Shown here one piece after another: positions 61,123 to 64,000 of a stretch of 64,000 nt of DNA. The stretch's first letter is position 1, and every line of letters begins with the position of its first letter. The notes beneath the pieces were generated by a model. It had not been told where the DNA came from. It ran no database searches and saw only the letters and a list, made by a program, of their open reading frames with translations. Both the position numbers and the translations under genes were made by a program. The DNA comes from Microcoleus sp. (GTDB lineage Bacteria > Cyanobacteriota > Cyanobacteriia > Cyanobacteriales > Microcoleaceae). Where the stretch lies: contig JAYFMW010000028.1 in NCBI GenBank assembly GCA_042408215.1, forward strand, positions 96,001-160,000, read 5' to 3'.

Positions 61123-61776
61123 CTACCGTCTGTTTGGCAGAGAAGCCGTACAGCCAGCTTCCTTAAACTTTTGAATTATTTCCTGCTTTACCCGATCGGG
61201 TAAGTAGTTTATGTTGAACCCAGGAATATGTGTAACGCTTGGAGGTTTTAATGAACCTGTCAGACTATAACCATAAAGCCTTGCTTCGTCTTTTTGAACG
61301 TATGTGTCTCCTAAATAATCTCCTTTTTGAATAAATACATGATTGTTAGTGGTGCGGATTGTTCCATTAGATACGGAACCAACTGTAAATAATATACCGT
61401 GAGGCTCTGTTGTATTTCCGCTCCAACCACCGAGAACAGTATCGATGATACAAACACGACCCTTGGTATTTGAAGGATAAATAAATTTTCCTTCTTCTAA
61501 TGCTCTGTACGCACCCAGAAAAGGAACCACACCCGGATCTACTTTTGACCAAGCCAATCTAAAAGTTCTCAACTGGTTAATTTCTGGAGTATCTTTTCGG
61601 CTCGTTTTTTGGAAGGAATCAATCTGTTTCTCAAAATCCAGCCTCAACTTCTTAAGTTCGGCATCGGTCGGATATCGCTCTGAATTTGCCAATACTGATA
61701 ATGAACCAGTCGCAACTATTGCGAAACTCATGATTAAACTAATAAGCGATCGCCCTCTCATAAACTCTATCCTCAT
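61123..61776 (-). CDS. Secreted hypothetical protein (paralog of 61810)
   Basis: RYPTDAE, VDP..PFLG, IYPSN..GRVC, FKEAGC. Confidence 0.75.
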   Translation of the reverse strand: MRIEFMRGRSLISLIMSFAIVATGSLSVLANSERYPTDAELKKLRLDFEKQIDSFQKTSRKDTPEINQLRTFRLAWSKVDPGVVPFLGAYRALEEGKFIYPSNTKGRVCIIDTVLGGWSGNTTEPHGILFTVGSVSNGTIRTTNNHVFIQKGDYLGDTYVQKDEARLYGYSLTGSLKPPSVTHIPGFNINYLPDRVKQEIIQKFKEAGCTASLPNRR

Positions 61777-61809
61777 TTTGATTGTTGATTGTTTCAGACT
61801 TTATTTAAC

Positions 61810-62463
61810 TCAGCGTATAGAAGAAATACATCCAGCCGCCTTGAATTCTCTAACAATCTTAGAATTTTCCTGCGGGTCAGCTCTTGATACATCTAACTTT
61901 GTAGGGTCTTTAGGTAGTTCGGGATATGTATAAATATCAGAGCCTGGTTCTGCTCTTGCTACATTATTGCGATCGACAAAAGCAACCAACAAGAAAACAT
62001 TGCCACTTGGATTTTTCTGGTTAATTAGTACCCTACCAGCTAACTCTCCGGTAAGACGAATATGTTGCTTGTCAATGGAGCCTACGCTAAATTTGTAGAT
62101 CGGGCCGGGAGAAGCACGAATAACGCAAACGCGACCCCTGACATTTGATGGATAAACGCCTATGTCTCCATCATTATTTACCCACCAACCCAGAAAAGGT
62201 GCAACTGTCGGATCGACTCGCGATCGAGCTTTAACAAAGGATTCAAGTGCTTGTTTCTCGCTTGATGTACGCCGATCCCGTTCCCATCCACCGCAACATT
62301 CTCTTGAATAAGGCGACGAAGACGCTCGCTGTTGGAATTCTCTGATGAGTCGCACAATTTCAGCATCTGTCGGATATCGCTGAGACTGTGCAAAAACTGA
62401 TAATGAACCTGTCACCAATACTGCACAGCTTACTATTAAACTGACAAGCGAGCTCCCTTTCAT
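61810..62463 (-). CDS. Secreted hypothetical protein (paralog of 61123)
   Basis: Same motifs, FKAAGC. Confidence 0.75.
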   Translation of the reverse strand: MKGSSLVSLIVSCAVLVTGSLSVFAQSQRYPTDAEIVRLIREFQQRASSSPYSRECCGGWERDRRTSSEKQALESFVKARSRVDPTVAPFLGWWVNNDGDIGVYPSNVRGRVCVIRASPGPIYKFSVGSIDKQHIRLTGELAGRVLINQKNPSGNVFLLVAFVDRNNVARAEPGSDIYTYPELPKDPTKLDVSRADPQENSKIVREFKAAGCISSIR

Positions 62464-62487
62464 AATCTTTCCTCTCTTTGTACGCAA

Positions 62488-63180
62488 TTATCTCACAAAA
62501 GCAAATGATGAAACCACTATGTTCAACACTTTTTCTTCCACAGGACTAATATTTTCTCCATATTTAGAAGTATAAATAGTAACTATGTTTCGCTTGTCAG
62601 GTGTAAGGAAACTAGCTGACAAGGAAGTTTCTACGTTGTCTGCATCTATTTTTCCTGTCATAGTAGACTTAGTAGTGTAAACAAAAGCTTTTTGCTTAGC
62701 AATAGTAGTTTCTCTGATATTTTCTATTATCTTAATAAATACACCAATTTCAGGAATCAGACGGGTTTCAGATGTCGCTGCTTTTACTGTCACAAAAACA
62801 GGTAAAGTTTGATACCCGCAAGCAATAGGGTCATTTTTTTTGCAACATTCTAAGAATTTATCATCAGCAGGATTGTGTAAAGTTATAGTCAAAGTTTTAC
62901 CATCCTGCTCTTTTTCGATTCGATAGTTAGTAGGTATGTTGAACGAGAATTGAAAATTATTCTCTTTAATGTTTTTGGTTTCTTTGGCTGGAGCAATGCT
63001 GGAGCCTCTTTTACATGGATTTTGTCTAGCTATTTTCAACTCACCGGGTAATCCTGCTGCTAGTAAGCTTTTAGTTTTCGTTGCTAACCCCATGCTGTGC
63101 TTTGATTCGACCAAACAGCCAACTCCTAAAATCACCAATGTTGCAACTGCACCGAAAAATACTCTACCTTTTTTCATCAT
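62488..63180 (-). CDS. Secreted/membrane-anchored hypothetical protein
   Basis: N-terminal hydrophobic segment, FSFNIPTNY. Confidence 0.65.
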   Translation of the reverse strand: MMKKGRVFFGAVATLVILGVGCLVESKHSMGLATKTKSLLAAGLPGELKIARQNPCKRGSSIAPAKETKNIKENNFQFSFNIPTNYRIEKEQDGKTLTITLHNPADDKFLECCKKNDPIACGYQTLPVFVTVKAATSETRLIPEIGVFIKIIENIRETTIAKQKAFVYTTKSTMTGKIDADNVETSLSASFLTPDKRNIVTIYTSKYGENISPVEEKVLNIVVSSFAFVR

Positions 63181-63231
63181 CTTTTTTGTCTCCTTTGTAG
63201 TTGATATTGAAAACACAAATTACTTGCCTGA

Positions 63232-63810
63232 TTACGAACAGCCTTCAACCTGATCGACTTCAGGAAGTTTACCAGAACGAAAGCGCTCTACACGATTTTT
63301 GCTAGTCTCAAAAATTATCTGGTATTTTTTATCAGCCACATCTTTAGGGACAAAAGTTAGATATTTTTGATTGGTAAGTGGAATACGCTGGTAAGGATGT
63401 CTAGTTACTTGAATTTGCCCCGGATATAGTGAAATAATTCTCTCTTCAGTATCTCCAATCTTTGCCCCTTTGATTGTTGTAATCTGCTTATTGCTAAAAA
63501 TATCAACTCTAGCAATGCGACCCTTTGTGACCATAAAGGCAATTCCTTTTGGTTCTCCTTTAGGTTGAACGTAGGAACATTGATACTCGTCCCAGCCGCC
63601 GCTCCCACTTATGATTAATTTAATCCCAGCAGATTGTGAGGCTTCATCAACTGTCATCCCGACTCTAATCGGACCAATACCATTCAGTGCTAGTTTCGAG
63701 TTATCTGTTAGTTGCACTTGAGCATTGACTGATGTTGCCCAAACTACAAAAATGACAATTGTGCCGATTAGTAAGGTAACAAACTTGGGTAAACTGTTTA
63801 ATTCTCGCAT
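63232..63810 (-). CDS. Secreted hypothetical protein
   Basis: Signal peptide; GIGPIRVGMT...FRSGKLPEVDQVEGCS. Confidence 0.75.
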   Translation of the reverse strand: MRELNSLPKFVTLLIGTIVIFVVWATSVNAQVQLTDNSKLALNGIGPIRVGMTVDEASQSAGIKLIISGSGGWDEYQCSYVQPKGEPKGIAFMVTKGRIARVDIFSNKQITTIKGAKIGDTEERIISLYPGQIQVTRHPYQRIPLTNQKYLTFVPKDVADKKYQIIFETSKNRVERFRSGKLPEVDQVEGCS

Positions 63811-63876
63811 CGATCGCTATTCCTCCTATATGTCCGCATTCAATACTTTTGTAATTCATTGACTTGACCGATCGTA

Positions 63877-64000
63877 TTAAGAACAGCCTTCTATATACTC
63901 TACTTGAGGAAGTTGCCCAGACCTGAAATATTTAACACGCCTCTCAATCCCTGTCTCAAAAATTAAACGATAGTTGCTGTCCGCCGCATCTCGCGGCACA
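63877..64000 (-). CDS. 3' end of a paralog of 63232-63810 (partial)
   Basis: VPRDAADSNYRLIFETGIERRVKYFRSGQLPQVEYIEGCS*. Confidence 0.8.
   Translation of the reverse strand, partial: VPRDAADSNYRLIFETGIERRVKYFRSGQLPQVEYIEGCS

Noticed and set aside
56728..64000. Classical integron
   Set aside because: Intergenic gaps are mostly too short for attC hairpins and no intI is visible

Overview
64-kb chromosomal window of a filamentous cyanobacterium, probably non-heterocystous Oscillatoriales (Microcoleus/Tychonema-like); this is inferred from dense HIP1 GCGATCGC sites, heptamer STRR tracts and the hetR/patX neighbourhood. Core genes: jag (3' end)-DUF177-ycf46-SH3, an alr1690-like peptidoglycan-binding gene/furA/sigC cluster, lipA, tRNA-Pro(CGG), xth, the 2-oxoglutarate decarboxylase/SSADH pair, wzc-wza-cysC and hetR. 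Accessory DNA: one intact IS605-type tnpB element, two protein-less IS200/IS605 derivatives, a frameshifted IS607-type tnpB, a nested MITE/tandem-array/ISAs1 composite, an HTH-NB-ARC gene facing two constant-N/variable-C paralogs, a toxin-antitoxin cluster, a Trypco1-trypsin-AAA_35 locus and an array of at least 9 secreted-protein genes. Most notable: (i) a duplicated patX, with one unannotated 59-aa copy ending in ERGSGR-stop like PatS and the other copy lacking RGSGR; (ii) about 13 same-strand CTCTTTGAYAACAT (boxA-like) motifs upstream of and inside the gene whose read-through would be antisense to furA; (iii) a secreted-protein array whose genes share a 5' module with HIP1 at a fixed position; (iv) a protease/STAND-NTPase/periplasmic-sensor operon. 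All calls come from reading the sequence; no searches were run.
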